Assembly: GCF_000019345.1 (NCBI RefSeq)
Contig: NC_010503.1
Span: 300,001-332,000, forward strand
DNA: 32,000 bases
Reading direction: 5' to 3'
Origin: Ureaplasma parvum serovar 3 str. ATCC 27815
Lineage (GTDB): Bacteria; Bacillota_I; Bacilli_A; Mycoplasmatales; Mycoplasmoidaceae
Shown one piece after another: positions 30,501 through 32,000 of the stretch (the first letter of the stretch is position 1; each line of letters opens with the position of its first letter). The notes beneath the pieces are model-generated. The model had not been told where the DNA came from. It saw only the letters and a program-made list of their open reading frames with translations, and did not search any database. Position numbers and translations under genes: made by a program.

Positions 30501-32000
30501 TATATTATTTAAAAAACTTATTAACAATGAAAATATACCAAATTTAGTAGGAACATTAACAACAAATTTAATTGTCAAAAACTTCTTTGTTAAAGAATTA
30601 ACAGTAGATCAAAAACAAAAGATTAATAATTTTATCACTAATATTTTGCCAACAATACCTAATTTAACTTTATATAAAGAAATCCGAAAACAAGCTTTTG
30701 AATTTTTAACAAACAATATTAATAAAATTTTAGTGGATCCTAAAAACACTTTATTAATATTAAATGATGGGATTAACAAATTATTATCAAACATATTGCC
30801 ACAATTATCAACCCTGATTGAATTAATTGATAACGATAAAATTAAAGATCAAGATTTTATTGATGTTATTAAAATATTTATAGACAATTTAGATTTTAAT
30901 AAATTATTTGTCAATATAAAGTCTAATAATAACCAAACAACAGATAGTACTACTTTAAATCAATTTTATTTTAAATTTAAATTAAATTTAGAACCTAAAA
31001 AATTAATTTTCGATTTAATAAAAAATCTTTTGAATTCACCAATTTTAAAAGTAAATGATAATAAAAATAATAAAATTAAGATTGAATCTAATAAAGCTAA
31101 AATTAAGTCTATTCTAACAACTAGTGTTACAAACATTTTTGAAAATTCTAATCTTATGAATTTTTTTAATAATCAATTATCACAATTATTTAGTTCAATT
31201 GATTTATTTAAAAATTTAAATTTATCAAATCAACAACGTTTAAACTTTGCTAAGGCTATTGTTGAATTATTAAATAAAGAAAAATTATTATCAAATTTAA
31301 TTAATGTTTTAATAACTAACTTAATTGATCACGCTGATGAATATGCTGAAGCAACAGATTTAGCAACAATTTTATCATTAACAATAAAATATAATCAAAA
31401 TGAATTAAAAAATGCGTTTGATAAATTATTAATAGGAACTTTAAAAAATGATAATCTTCAAGATTTAATTTTACGTATTTTTGTTAAATTAATTAATCCT
31501 AACAAGTCTTATGATTCAATTAGTGTAGTTTCAATTAATAAATTGAAAACATTTATATCAAAATTTGCTACAGGAATTAGTAAATTGGATTTATATCAAC
31601 AATTAAAAAATTCAATATTTACAGTTTTTTCTAACAAAACAAAAATGCAACAATTATTATCAAATGATGTGAGTGTAATAAATAAAACACTACTAGAAGC
31701 ATTTAACATTGACACACCAGAAAAAGTTTTGAAAATTAGTAGTTTATTAGATATTAATGAAATTGATGCTCGTGATTATGCTGATATTATTGAAATTATT
31801 TTAGTTGAAATTGGTTTTAATGTTACAAGTATTCAAAATAATGATGTTAATAATAATTTGAAAACAATTGATAAAAAAACAAATGATTTTGCTTTTCAAA
31901 TTTTGAAAAAAGCTTTAAATAATGGTGTTAGTGATCAACAATTACAAAAAATTAAAAATGTTGTTAATTATTTATTAGATGATATTGTTAAAATTCATGA
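27517..32000 (+). CDS. Very large membrane-anchored SGNH/GDSL-family hydrolase (lipase/esterase-like) with a long helical C-terminal extension; 3' end beyond the window
   Basis: Pieces 27508-27837, 27994-28602 and 29146-29976 and all intervening or later sequence share one frame, interrupted only by TGA. The preferred start is ATG 27517 (AGGAAG upstream). There is an N-terminal signal-anchor (ILGLSVASIIAALAIIAPS) with no lipobox Cys. SGNH blocks: AIGDSITAG (GDS at 27796-27804), GITGS, GANDF (28231-28245), DIHPT (28639-28647). At least 1,050 further residues are N/K/L/I-rich. Confidence 0.85.

Noticed and set aside
29679-30794. Track ORFs 29679-29882 (-) and 30609-30794 (-)
   Set aside because: Antisense to the continuous giant SGNH ORF.
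1-32000. Search for CRISPR arrays, IS/transposase genes, integrases, rRNA genes, restriction-modification or toxin-antitoxin modules
   Set aside because: No direct-repeat/spacer arrays, terminal inverted repeats or matching protein signatures were seen on either strand. The window is mostly core metabolism and translation genes.

Overview
Very AT-rich, gene-dense window that only makes sense under translation table 4 (TGA = Trp), so it is most likely from a Mycoplasma-like Mollicute. The supplied ORF track used the standard code and splits most genes at in-frame TGA; I re-joined the pieces by frame. The content is mostly core housekeeping, largely on the + strand. In order: P-type ATPase (5' part, - strand), YneF-like protein, engB, valS, trmL, trmB, tRNA-His, a HIT/HinT-centred membrane-protein cluster, hemW-like radical SAM gene (- strand), pncB, rpsU, argS, pgk, M42 peptidase, deoD, HU, rel/spoT, pyrG, hisS, aspS and msrA. 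These are followed by a - strand glutathione-peroxidase/TetR operon and the first ~1,490 codons of a giant membrane-anchored SGNH/GDSL hydrolase. I see no CRISPR array, rRNA, IS element or recognisable defence system, and no clear novel multi-gene system. Points for follow-up: a decapeptide-repeat membrane protein translationally coupled to the HIT gene; a CTP synthase whose glutaminase nucleophile and oxyanion motif are replaced; a HemW-like protein with CX3CX2S instead of CX3CX2C; an HU with an acidic tail; the gpx-tetR locus with a candidate operator; and the giant SGNH protein.
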